This document shows, piece by piece, positions 16,649 through 26,125 of a DNA stretch of 40,000 nt. How positions within the stretch are numbered: position 1 is the stretch's first letter; each line of letters begins with the position of its first letter. A model generated the notes under the pieces. The model saw only the letters and a list, made by a program, of their open reading frames with translations. It did not search any database and was not told the origin of the DNA. The stretch covers positions 7,935,366-7,975,365 of the forward strand of contig AP018207.1 of assembly GCA_002367995.1 (NCBI GenBank), given 5' to 3'. A program made the position numbers and the translations under genes. Source of the DNA: Calothrix brevissima NIES-22. Lineage in GTDB: Bacteria > Cyanobacteriota > Cyanobacteriia > Cyanobacteriales > Nostocaceae.

Positions 16649-16966
16649 TTAGCTGGTGGCGATTTCTGTCAGCATGATAATATTGTTTGGCTTCTGTTTA
16701 AACACCTTGAACAGCTTTTGTTGTAGAGGTGTGGAACTGAGGAAAACTTCGTAAGCTTGTTTGAGTGCCGTGCAGTATAAATCGAGTTTTTCTGCTTGAC
16801 TGACTGCGGAATTATTATTATCAATCTCGCGAATGTATTGAGAAAACAGCTTCAAAATATGTAAGCGATTAACATGGACAACTTGAGGATCGTAATCAAG
16901 TTTAAAAAACTCAAAGTATTCCTCCGCATCGACAATTTGATTAAACTTTTCAACATCCCATATCAT
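16649..16966 (-). CDS. nifW: NifW (nitrogenase-stabilising/protective protein)
   Basis: FNQIVDAEEYFEFFKLDYDPQVVHVNRLHILK NifW-type N-terminus, about 105 aa. ATGA overlap with the upstream ORF. Confidence 0.9.
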   Translation of the reverse strand: MIWDVEKFNQIVDAEEYFEFFKLDYDPQVVHVNRLHILKLFSQYIREIDNNNSAVSQAEKLDLYCTALKQAYEVFLSSTPLQQKLFKVFKQKPNNIIMLTEIATS

Positions 16967-17199
16967 GATTTCTGCTCCAAACTTTTTAGCTGAGATTTAA
17001 GTTCATCTAAATGACGGTAAATTTCATAAGTTTCGGCTGCTACTGCTGTCAAGTTTTGGTAATCTGTTGGCAAGCCTTCGGCTAAATCATGCAGATCCAT
17101 CTTCATTTGACCTGCCTTACTATTCAGCCGCTTAATTTGTAGTTTTAAATCTTCAATAGCTTTTTGATTTTCGCAATCTGTTTCTGCTGCTGGCACCAT
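16963..17199 (-). CDS. small conserved nif-cluster protein (DUF683-like)
   Basis: Helical 78-aa protein (...MDLHDLAEGLPTDY...YEIYRHLDELK) at the conserved position between the DUF269 gene and nifW. ATG at 17199 chosen; the track start at 17232 is a TTG. Confidence 0.7.
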   Translation of the reverse strand: MVPAAETDCENQKAIEDLKLQIKRLNSKAGQMKMDLHDLAEGLPTDYQNLTAVAAETYEIYRHLDELKSQLKSLEQKS

Positions 17200-17218
17200 A
17201 ATTTTACCCTGGGAATTA

Positions 17219-17695
17219 TTACAACTTGGCAACTTCAGTGTATTTCTCTGCTAACTCAATACCCTTTTGAGTTAGTTTTTCGCCTTCTTCTGCTAATTTT
17301 TCTAGAGAATCAAAGCCGAAACGTTGAGCATCGCGTAAGGTTCTGGCGACTAGCAATAAACGACCGGAAAACACCAGCACCCAGCCAAAACCCTCATGAC
17401 TCAAATCAATTACCACCTGGGATAATGAACCAGTTTTTTGTTCAATTTGAGCTGCGATCGCGCGATAGAATGACATAATTCTGGCTTTGGTAGCCGCTTC
17501 TACATCTCCCTCTACAGAAATTTGGCGTTTCGCTTGCTTGCTGACAATATAAGGTTTGAGAATTAATTCATCCGACCAATTGCGATAAAATCCATAGGAA
17601 TCTTGGGCGCGAATTTGTCTAACTAACTCTTGCACAAAAGGAGAATTTAACGCTTCACTGCTAGTAGTTTGGTTGACAATTTCTGTGGAACTCAT
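17219..17695 (-). CDS. NifX-associated nitrogen fixation protein (DUF269)
   Basis: About 158 aa with FVQELVRQIRAQD...SHEGFGWVLVFSGRLLLV pattern. 4-nt overlap with the nifX stop. Confidence 0.85.
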   Translation of the reverse strand: MSSTEIVNQTTSSEALNSPFVQELVRQIRAQDSYGFYRNWSDELILKPYIVSKQAKRQISVEGDVEAATKARIMSFYRAIAAQIEQKTGSLSQVVIDLSHEGFGWVLVFSGRLLLVARTLRDAQRFGFDSLEKLAEEGEKLTQKGIELAEKYTEVAKL

Positions 17696-18096
17696 ACAGT
17701 TACTTCCTCTTCTTCAAAACTGGGTAATTTTTGTTGTAAAGCTTTTCGCAACCAGGGGGGAGGGCTGCCTTTTAAAGTTTGGACTAACTGATCTAAAAGG
17801 TCAGTAATTTTATCATCCTCAGACCTAGCTTTGATTGGTGTAATGCGTTTCTTAATTAACCGAGCCGCCGCACTACCGCCAATTGCTGAGACATAAACAA
17901 TCGTGCAATCAGCTAAAGCTTCAATTTTGGGAACTAATTTATCCTCATTCCCATCTTCCTTAAGGTCGCCATCAAATTTCAAAGTATTGAGAAAGTGATA
18001 ACCCTCCGGTGAAACCTCATAAACATCTATTTTTTTCGCCCAACCAAAATGAGCATTAATATGAATTTGGTCGCTAGTTGTAAAAGCAATTTTCAT
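17692..18096 (-). CDS. nifX: NifX (FeMo-co precursor carrier)
   Basis: MKIAFTTSDQIHINAHFGWAKKIDVYEV... dinitrogenase Fe-Mo cofactor-binding fold, directly downstream of nifEN. Confidence 0.9.
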   Translation of the reverse strand: MKIAFTTSDQIHINAHFGWAKKIDVYEVSPEGYHFLNTLKFDGDLKEDGNEDKLVPKIEALADCTIVYVSAIGGSAAARLIKKRITPIKARSEDDKITDLLDQLVQTLKGSPPPWLRKALQQKLPSFEEEEVTV

Positions 18097-18122
18097 ACTT
18101 TATCCTCCACAAACTACAAGCT

Positions 18123-20993
18123 TTAAACCTTATTTTCTTCTTTGCGCCTTTGCGCCTTTGCGTGAGATAAAATACCCTCTTCTTCTGCCTCAAGAAATAA
18201 GTTGCCAATATCAAACAACATTTGAATAGTTCCCCGATAACCGACAGTACAACGCTGTCCATTACCCAAGCGGTCAAAAACAGGGAAACCGAGACGATAG
18301 TGAGGAGTATGCAGACGGCGAGTGATCGCTTTACCATGAGAATTAGCGATCGCTAGATCCGAACCTACCGCTAATCGCTCAAAATCTTCCAAATCCCCAA
18401 TAGTCACGCTTTCTACTGGCAAGTTTTCTAACAGTGGCGACTTTGTGGTTGTCACTGCGGCGTGAATTTCCGCACCCATCGATTGCAAAAACCAAGCTGT
18501 TGACCACAATAAATCAGGTTCCAGTGCTAACGACACCCGCTTACAGCCAAAGTAAAAGTGAGTATCAAGCATCGCATCTTGTAACTGACGGCGTTGATGG
18601 CAATATTTTTCTGGAACTGCATTCCCACTAATATCTACCAGTCCTTGCAAAAAGTTATCGACTGCGCCTAATCCTGTTAGTTGGGGAAACACCTCAAAAG
18701 GTATATCAAACTGAGTTTGCAAACTTTCGGCTGCACCGCGCATACTCTCGCCTAGCGCGAGGGTAAACACCGAACTACCCATTTCTCGCAGTTCTGGTAA
18801 AGTTGTTCCACCACCAGTCACCGCACTGTAAGAATCATCCAAGTGACCGTCAAGGGAAGTAGAAAGGTCGGGTACTACAATCGGTTTTAAGCCAAAAGCA
18901 GAGACAATTTCTTTAATTTCTTGGACATCCCCAGGAGTAAACGCAGAACTTACCAAAATATTGATTTGGTCTAATCTGGTTTCTCCCGGTTGCGGCAATT
19001 CCTTAACTATACTTTCCACGGCGGCGGCGAAACCATCTTGCAACGCACCTTTAAAATCAGGCGTAGAAGCAAAGACAATCGGCAAGTCATATAATTCTGG
19101 GTGACGCTTGCGAATACTTCTGAGGATTCCTTCCATGTCATCCCCTCTAGTTTCCGTGAGTCCGGTAGTTAACAAACCGATAATCTCTGGCTTGGATTTC
19201 TCTACCAGCGTCAGGATTGCTTGCTCGATATTTTCCTCGCCACCTAAAATAGTGCTAACTTCCGTCATGGCAGTGGTGGATAGGGGAATAGCTTCCCGAA
19301 AATGCCGCACTAACATAACTTTGGCGAACGCAGTACAACCCTGAGAACCATGAAACAAAGGCATTATGCCCTTCAATCCCAAAAATGCTAAAGCTGCACC
19401 TAAAGGTTGACTTTGCTTCAAAGGATTCACCGCAACCGACTTGGAAGAATTTTGGATTTTAGATTTTGGAGCCACTGCGTTGCGGTGAGGCAGTCCGTTG
19501 CGGGGGTTCCCCCCGTTGAAGGAACTGCCGAACCCGTAAGGGAGGTTCCCTCCGTTGTAGCAAGTGGCGTGATTTTGGATTGAAATTGCTTCCTCTGCTC
19601 CCCTGCTCCCTTGCTCCCCTGCTCCCTCCTCCCAGAATGCCGGCTTCCGCACCTGCGCCCATACCGGACTGTGCAAAGCTTCATCCAGTTCTCGCGCCAT
19701 TTCCACCATACCCACATATCCCGCATAGGGATGATGGCGTTCTTGATTAATATCTAAAAATGGGATACGGGCTTTGAGGGCAGTGTATTGATTGCGACCA
19801 CCAGCAATCAGCATATCCGCTTTTGTCTGGGCAATCACCCGGAGTAATTCTTGGGCGTTGCCTTTTTCCATAGCAATGCCATCTTTTCCTAGTAATTCTT
19901 TGATCCTCGCTTTATCTTCTTCAGTACTTTTTTTAGTGCTAGTGGCGACAACTTCCATGCCTAAGTCCTTAGCCGCCGATATAATCGACCAACTTTTCAC
20001 ACCCCCGGTATAAAGGACAACCCGCTTATCTTTGAGGCGATCGCGGTAACGAGCCAAAGCAATATCTAGCGCAGTAGTTTCTTCTGTAATTAAATTTTCT
20101 ACTCTTTCTTGTAAACTTTGGTCGCCTAACTTCGCGGCAATATTCCGCAAACAGCGATTCATGTCATCTACACCATAGAAAGATTCTTCAATATAAGGGA
20201 TACCATAACGCTCCTCCATCTTTCGCGCCACATTAATCAGGGCTTTGGAGCAAATCATCACATTCAGCTTGGCACGGTGAGCATAACGCACTTCATTATA
20301 CTTAGCATCACCCGTAATTTTAGCGAGAACGCGAATACCTAATTTTGCAAATAAGGGCAGAACACCCCACAATTCACCTGCAATGTTGTACTCACCAATC
20401 AAATTAATATCATAAGGGGTGGTATATTCTGGTTCAGCAGTTCCGATAACATATTCTAGTAAAGCTTCCCCACCGACGCGATTACCCAGATTTTTACTGC
20501 CAATAAAACCAGGGGAATTTACGGGGATAACAGGTATACCTGTTTTCTTAGCTGCCGCTTCACAGACTGTATCCAAATCATCGCCAATCAGCGCCGTCAC
20601 ACAAGTGGAGTAAACAAACACCGCCGCCGGGTGATAGCGTTGCTGTACTTCCAAAATTGCCTTGTAAAGCTTCTTTTCGCCACCGAAGATGATATCATTT
20701 TCACTTAAATCAGTCGTGAAACCCATTTTGTAGAGATGAGAATCAGAGGAAAGACTACCACGACCACCCCAAGAATTACCAGCGCAAGGGATCGGCCCGT
20801 GGACTAAATGAGCAGCATCGGTAATCGGGACTAGGGCGATGGATGCACCATCGAAAGCACAGCCTCCTTGAGCCGCACCGGGTTGGGCTTGTTGGTGACA
20901 AGACTTGTTTTTCTTCTGCCCATGCTTGTGGTGATTGTGTTCGCATCCTGGTTCACTCAGCAGCTCGTTAATTTTGCCTTGGGTGATTTTCAT
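18123..20993 (-). CDS. nifEN: fused NifE-NifN FeMo-co scaffold protein
   Basis: N-terminal half is NifE (MKITQGKINELLSEPGCEHN, CAFDGA, YSTCVTALIGDD). C-terminal half is NifN (VNPLKQSQPLGAALAFLG, GSQGCTAFAKV). One open frame runs through a 67-codon repeat-derived linker. ATG at 20993; the track start at 21014 is a TTG. Confidence 0.9.
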   Translation of the reverse strand: MKITQGKINELLSEPGCEHNHHKHGQKKNKSCHQQAQPGAAQGGCAFDGASIALVPITDAAHLVHGPIPCAGNSWGGRGSLSSDSHLYKMGFTTDLSENDIIFGGEKKLYKAILEVQQRYHPAAVFVYSTCVTALIGDDLDTVCEAAAKKTGIPVIPVNSPGFIGSKNLGNRVGGEALLEYVIGTAEPEYTTPYDINLIGEYNIAGELWGVLPLFAKLGIRVLAKITGDAKYNEVRYAHRAKLNVMICSKALINVARKMEERYGIPYIEESFYGVDDMNRCLRNIAAKLGDQSLQERVENLITEETTALDIALARYRDRLKDKRVVLYTGGVKSWSIISAAKDLGMEVVATSTKKSTEEDKARIKELLGKDGIAMEKGNAQELLRVIAQTKADMLIAGGRNQYTALKARIPFLDINQERHHPYAGYVGMVEMARELDEALHSPVWAQVRKPAFWEEGAGEQGSRGAEEAISIQNHATCYNGGNLPYGFGSSFNGGNPRNGLPHRNAVAPKSKIQNSSKSVAVNPLKQSQPLGAALAFLGLKGIMPLFHGSQGCTAFAKVMLVRHFREAIPLSTTAMTEVSTILGGEENIEQAILTLVEKSKPEIIGLLTTGLTETRGDDMEGILRSIRKRHPELYDLPIVFASTPDFKGALQDGFAAAVESIVKELPQPGETRLDQINILVSSAFTPGDVQEIKEIVSAFGLKPIVVPDLSTSLDGHLDDSYSAVTGGGTTLPELREMGSSVFTLALGESMRGAAESLQTQFDIPFEVFPQLTGLGAVDNFLQGLVDISGNAVPEKYCHQRRQLQDAMLDTHFYFGCKRVSLALEPDLLWSTAWFLQSMGAEIHAAVTTTKSPLLENLPVESVTIGDLEDFERLAVGSDLAIANSHGKAITRRLHTPHYRLGFPVFDRLGNGQRCTVGYRGTIQMLFDIGNLFLEAEEEGILSHAKAQRRKEENKV
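19431..19631 (-). repeat. in-frame linker of nifEN built from intergenic-type repeats (octamer/heptamer arrays plus a GC-rich double-hairpin element)
   Basis: CTGCTCCC-type array at 19594..19633, GATTTTR heptamers at about 19450..19470 and 19571..19587, and hairpins GGGGG-TT-CCCCC and GGAGG-TTC-CCTCC at about 19480..19560. Confidence 0.85.
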
Positions 20994-21055
20994 GACTTGA
21001 TGGGTGATTGGCAATCAAATTTCTGGTTTTTCTTCCTTCTCTCTTCCTTGGCGTA

Positions 21056-21076
21056 CTTGGCGTCTTGGCGGTTCAT
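21056..21076. repeat. 21-nt arm CTTGGCGTCTTGGCGGTTCAT, perfect inverted partner of 26076..26096
   Basis: Exact reverse complement of ATGAACCGCCAAGACGCCAAG at 26076..26096. Confidence 0.9.
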
Positions 21077-21136
21077 TCTAAAAAAGATTTTTTAACGCAA
21101 AGGGGCGCAAAGGTAAACGCAAAGGTACGCGGAGAA

Positions 21137-21427
21137 TTAGCAGATGTATTTGGTGATATCTTCGCCACATTCATCAGAGAGGTAGGAAAGGCTACGGAAG
21201 CGTAAAGCTACAAATTCGTCGTAGAGGGGATTTAATTTGCAGAGTGGGGGAATGTGGAAGGTGTGTCCGAGGAATTTAACGTCGCGTTCAAAAGGACAGC
21301 AACAGGGAATAACTTGGCAAATGAGATGGGCGATACGGCGATCGCATATTTGAAATCGATCCACCCATCGGCGTAACGGAGAGAGAACATCAAAAAAGCG
21401 ATCACGGCTGTGGCTGATGGTACTCAT
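21137..21427 (-). CDS. Cys-rich conserved nifK-nifE ORF (Mo-dependent-nitrogenase C-terminal-domain-like protein)
   Basis: 96 aa, CQVIPCCCPFERD motif. It occupies the nifK-nifE position typical of cyanobacterial nif clusters. The family name is from memory and was not searched. Confidence 0.65.
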   Translation of the reverse strand: MSTISHSRDRFFDVLSPLRRWVDRFQICDRRIAHLICQVIPCCCPFERDVKFLGHTFHIPPLCKLNPLYDEFVALRFRSLSYLSDECGEDITKYIC

Positions 21428-21441
21428 AGCGGCTGGTATAA

Positions 21442-21550
21442 GGGAGACAAGGAGGACAAGGGGGACAAGGAGGACAAGGAATTTTAGATTTTAGATTTGC
21501 GATTTTGGATTCTCATCTAAATCTAAAATCCAAAATCCAAAATCCAAAAT
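21442..21550. repeat. composite array: nonamers (GGRGGACAA) then an inverted arrangement of GATTTTA / AAAATCC heptamers
   Basis: Read directly in the nifK-to-ORF spacer. Confidence 0.9.
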
Positions 21551-21575
21551 TGTTTCAAAGCCCCATGCCCAGTTA

Positions 21576-23114
21576 TCATCGAATCAAGTCGTAGGAAATA
21601 TCGGTCTTGGATGGAATAATGGTGTTGCGATCCAACTCATCTAGGAGAGTGTTAACAATCCAGTTGAGTAGGTTGATTGTGCCTTGGTAGCCGTAGGTAG
21701 CGTAGCGGTGCAGGTGGTGACGATCAAAGATGGGGTAGCCAATGCGCACAAATGGGGTTTTGGTGTCACGCCAGAGATACTTACCGTAGGAATTGCCGAT
21801 GAGCAAGTCTACAGGTTCGGTAAATAGGAGCGATCGCATATGCCATAAGTCGCGTCCGCCGTGAATTGTTGCACCTTGACCAAATGGGCTAGAGTCAAGT
21901 AATGCTCGCAATTCTGCCTCAAAATGTTCGTTGCTATTGCTGACAAGGATGTGAACTGGTTCCGCACCTACTTCTAATAAGAATTGGGTTAAACCAATCA
22001 CCAAATCGGGATCGCCATACATCGCCACCAGCTTGCCGTGCAACCATGCTTGAGAATCGGTCAATGCATCTACTGCGCGTCCCCGTTCATCTTCTAATTC
22101 TTGGGGAATTGGCTTACCAGTTAACGCGGACAATTTCATCAAGAATTCATCAGTACCGCGAATGCCGACAGGACGGTTAACGTAAGTCTTTTGATGCCAT
22201 TCGTGTTCGATGTACTCGCGAGTTTTGGTAGTAGCGTAAGCTTGGAGTGCGATCGTGGCTTCAGCATTAATCGAATCAGCCGCATCTTCTAGCTTAGTTC
22301 CACCTGGATACATATTATATGTACCGTTATTCGGAGAATCCAGGTATTCAGAGTTATCTGCTAACAGGGTATAGTCAATTCCCATCACATTAGCAATCCG
22401 CTTGATTTCTCGCAGGTTGCCAATGTAGGTTTCAAACCCAGGAATAAAGTTAATTTTGCCGTTGGTTGTTTCTTTCTTCTTACCTGCTGTCAAATTCGAC
22501 AGAATCCCCTTCATCATGTTGTCGTAGCCTGTGATGTGTGACCCAACAAAGCTAGGGGTATGGGCATAAGGCACAGGAAAGTTTTCAGGAACAGACTCAT
22601 TTTCTTTGGCGGTTTTGATAAAAGCTTGCAAGTCATCCCCAATTACCTCTGCCATACAGGTAGTACAGACAGCAATCATTTTCGGCTTATACAGGTTGTA
22701 AGAAACTGCCAAACCTTCAATCAGGTTTTTCAAACCGCCGAATACGGCTGCATCTTCCGTCATCGAGGAAGATACGGCAGAAAACGGTTCTTTAAAGTGG
22801 CGGGTGAAGTGACTGCGGAAGTAAGCAACACAACCTTGAGAACCATGTACAAAAGGTAGCGTACCTTCAAAACCAACGGCAGCTAAAATTGCTCCTAGAG
22901 GTTGGCAAGCCTTCGCTGGGTTAACGGTTAACGCTTGACGGGCAAAGTTCTTTTCGCGGTATTCCCAGGTTTTTGTCCACTCAGCCATCTGGGTAACTTG
23001 TTCAGATTCATGCCCACATTCAAACTCTTTCTTGGCTTGAAATAGCTCTTGGTATTCCTGCTGTTGAAAAAGTTCGGCGTGATCTTTGATTTTGTTGATG
23101 TCGTTTTGTGCCAT
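21576..23114 (-). CDS. nifK: nitrogenase MoFe protein beta chain
   Basis: GSQGCVAYFRSHF, CTTCMAEVIGDD and HTPSFVGSH motifs, 512 aa. Confidence 0.97.
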   Translation of the reverse strand: MAQNDINKIKDHAELFQQQEYQELFQAKKEFECGHESEQVTQMAEWTKTWEYREKNFARQALTVNPAKACQPLGAILAAVGFEGTLPFVHGSQGCVAYFRSHFTRHFKEPFSAVSSSMTEDAAVFGGLKNLIEGLAVSYNLYKPKMIAVCTTCMAEVIGDDLQAFIKTAKENESVPENFPVPYAHTPSFVGSHITGYDNMMKGILSNLTAGKKKETTNGKINFIPGFETYIGNLREIKRIANVMGIDYTLLADNSEYLDSPNNGTYNMYPGGTKLEDAADSINAEATIALQAYATTKTREYIEHEWHQKTYVNRPVGIRGTDEFLMKLSALTGKPIPQELEDERGRAVDALTDSQAWLHGKLVAMYGDPDLVIGLTQFLLEVGAEPVHILVSNSNEHFEAELRALLDSSPFGQGATIHGGRDLWHMRSLLFTEPVDLLIGNSYGKYLWRDTKTPFVRIGYPIFDRHHLHRYATYGYQGTINLLNWIVNTLLDELDRNTIIPSKTDISYDLIR

Positions 23115-23184
23115 AATAGTAATTCTTCAAGCTTTGAAAGTAATCAGTTCAAGGTCTGAGAAAACAACAATTTTGATGTCTAGT

Positions 23185-23220
23185 TATGAGTTTTGAATGC
23201 TAGAAAATTCAAAACTCATA
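23185..23220 (-). promoter_or_regulatory. 14-bp perfect stem-loop immediately downstream of the nifD stop (intercistronic RNA structure)
   Basis: TATGAGTTTTGAAT, 8-nt loop, ATTCAAAACTCATA. Confidence 0.6.
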
Positions 23221-23226
23221 GCTTTT

Positions 23227-24714
23227 TCACTCACTTTTTTTCCAAGGCGCACCGATTAAGCTCCAGGTGGGGCTGTTGAGAGCGAGATCCATGTCACGGG
23301 CGAAGATGGCGAATCCGTCGTAGCCGTGGTACGGCCCAGAATAATCCCATGAGTGCATTTGGCGGAAGGGAAGCGCCATTTTCTGGAAGACGTACTTCTC
23401 TTTAATCCCGGAAGCGATTAAATCTGGCTTGAGTGCTTTGACGAAATGCTCAAATTCATAGGCAGATACGTCATCGTAAATCAATGTCCCGTTCTCGACA
23501 TAGTTAGAAGTACGTTTGTAGTCGTCATTGTGACCGAATTCATAACCTGTGCCAATCAGCTTCATACCCAGGTCTTCAAAGGCGGGAACAACGTGACGGG
23601 GACGCAAACCACCGACCATGAGCGCAACTGTTTTCCCTTCTAAGCGAGAGCGATACTTGTCAAGCACAGCCTTGGTTTGAGCTTCGTACTTGGCAATCAC
23701 TTCTTCGGCTTTCGCTTGAATTGTCTCGTCAAACTTGGCAGCAATTTCTCGCAGAGATGCCGCAATCTTGGTGGGGCCGAAGAAGTTGTATTCTAACCAG
23801 GGAATGCCATAAGCTTCTTCCATGTGGCGGGAGATGTAGTTCATGGAGCGGTAGCAGTGAACTAGGTTTAGTTTCACACTGGGGGTGAGCATCATCTCGT
23901 GTAGAGTACCGTCTCCAGACCACTGAGCCACAACTCGCAAGCCGATTTCTTCTAACAGGATGCGGCTAGACCAAGCATCACCACCGATGTTATAGTCACC
24001 GATAATTGCTACATCATAGGGGCCGGGTTCAAATCCGAGCGTACCTTCTTTCTTGGCTTTGTCAGCTTTAGGGAATACCCAATCGCGGATAGTGTCGTTG
24101 GCGATGTGGTGTCCAAGGGATTGGGATACACCCCGGAAGCCTTCGCAACGTACAGGAACAACAGTTTTACCAGTTTCTTTGGATTTCTTCTTGGCAACGG
24201 CTTCGATGTCGTCACCAATTAGACCAATTGGACATTCGGATTGTACGGAGATACCACGATTGAGGGGGAACAGTTCTTCAATCTCATCGATTAATTTAGC
24301 GAGCTTTTTGTCTCCACCAAATACGATGTCCCGTTCTTGGAAGTCTGACGTGAACTGCATGGTGCCGAATGAATCGATACCAGTAGTGCCGATATAGTAG
24401 TTGCGACGACCTGACCAAGAATAGTAACCACAACCAACGGGGCCGTGACTAATGTGAACCATGTCTTTGATGGGGCCCCAAACCACACCTTTTGAACCTG
24501 CATAGGCACAACCACGGGTGGTCATTGTACCGGGAATGGATTTGATGTTGGACTTAACGCCGCAATCAGATTTACCTTCTTCGTAAACGTTTAGGTGTTT
24601 TTCGCGCTTTTTGCGCGATTTTTCGGGGTAGGCTTCTAGAACCTCTTTTATAAGTTCTTTTTTATCAGCAACTGATGTTGGTTCTGTTAAAGTTGGGGAT
24701 TCGGTAGGTGACAT
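23227..24714 (-). CDS. nifD: nitrogenase MoFe protein alpha chain (uninterrupted)
   Basis: [17 protein letters not shown] (FeMo-co Cys) and [19 protein letters not shown] (FeMo-co His). 495 aa, continuous frame. Confidence 0.97.
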   Translation of the reverse strand: MSPTESPTLTEPTSVADKKELIKEVLEAYPEKSRKKREKHLNVYEEGKSDCGVKSNIKSIPGTMTTRGCAYAGSKGVVWGPIKDMVHISHGPVGCGYYSWSGRRNYYIGTTGIDSFGTMQFTSDFQERDIVFGGDKKLAKLIDEIEELFPLNRGISVQSECPIGLIGDDIEAVAKKKSKETGKTVVPVRCEGFRGVSQSLGHHIANDTIRDWVFPKADKAKKEGTLGFEPGPYDVAIIGDYNIGGDAWSSRILLEEIGLRVVAQWSGDGTLHEMMLTPSVKLNLVHCYRSMNYISRHMEEAYGIPWLEYNFFGPTKIAASLREIAAKFDETIQAKAEEVIAKYEAQTKAVLDKYRSRLEGKTVALMVGGLRPRHVVPAFEDLGMKLIGTGYEFGHNDDYKRTSNYVENGTLIYDDVSAYEFEHFVKALKPDLIASGIKEKYVFQKMALPFRQMHSWDYSGPYHGYDGFAIFARDMDLALNSPTWSLIGAPWKKSE

Positions 24715-24769
24715 AATTCTATATCTGCCTCTTTAGTGGGGATGAGGGAGTTGCAATGGAAGAGACTGA

Positions 24770-24843
24770 GTAGGTTGGCTAGAAAGTAGTGAAACCCAAC
24801 ATTCTTCGGGATTTGTTGGGTTTCGTTCCTCAACCCAACCTAC
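24770..24843 (-). promoter_or_regulatory. nested / alternative stem-loops in the nifH-nifD spacer
   Basis: Outer GTAGGTTGG/CCAACCTAC (9 bp). Inner GAAACCCAACA/TGTTGGGTTTC (11 bp). Competing GTTGGGT/ACCCAAC pairing. Confidence 0.6.
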
Positions 24844-24880
24844 AAATTTTGATTTTTGACAACTGCGATCGCATCTGCAA

Positions 24881-25846
<966 letters not shown>

Positions 25847-25853
25847 TTATACC

Positions 25854-25884
25854 ATTTTGGATTTTAGATTTTAGATTTTGGATT
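25854..25884. repeat. STRR array (GATTTTR heptamers) in the nifU-nifH spacer
   Basis: Read directly. Confidence 0.85.
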
Positions 25885-26075
25885 GTGAAACATCTATTGG
25901 ATAAGCGTTTCAAATTTCTATCTGTCGCAATCATTTTTCAAATTGGTATTAGTTGTTTAGTTGCGATCGCTTGTAAGAACGTCGCTGGTGGCGCTCGCCC
26001 TAACACCTTTGGTTCGGGAATAGAGATAGATTGCATATTTTTGGTAATTCGTAATTCGTAAAGTCAATTTTTTTA

Positions 26076-26096
26076 ATGAACCGCCAAGACGCCAAG
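26076..26096. repeat. 21-nt arm ATGAACCGCCAAGACGCCAAG, perfect inverted partner of 21056..21076
   Basis: Exact reverse complement match. Lies just downstream of the nifU stop (mRNA sense). Confidence 0.9.
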
Positions 26097-26125
26097 GACG
26101 CAGAGAGAAGAAGAAATAGAAGGAA

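Noticed and set aside
18074-18337. 87-aa ORF overlapping the nifEN 3' end and nifX start
   Set aside because: It overlaps two well-supported genes in another frame and is partly encoded by the CTTTGCGCC repeat (…RRKGAKKK…).
19427-19726. Alternative-frame ORFs within the nifEN linker (19427..19726, 19459..19662)
   Set aside because: These are low-complexity translations of the repeat tract. The NifE-to-NifN frame is continuous and explains the region.
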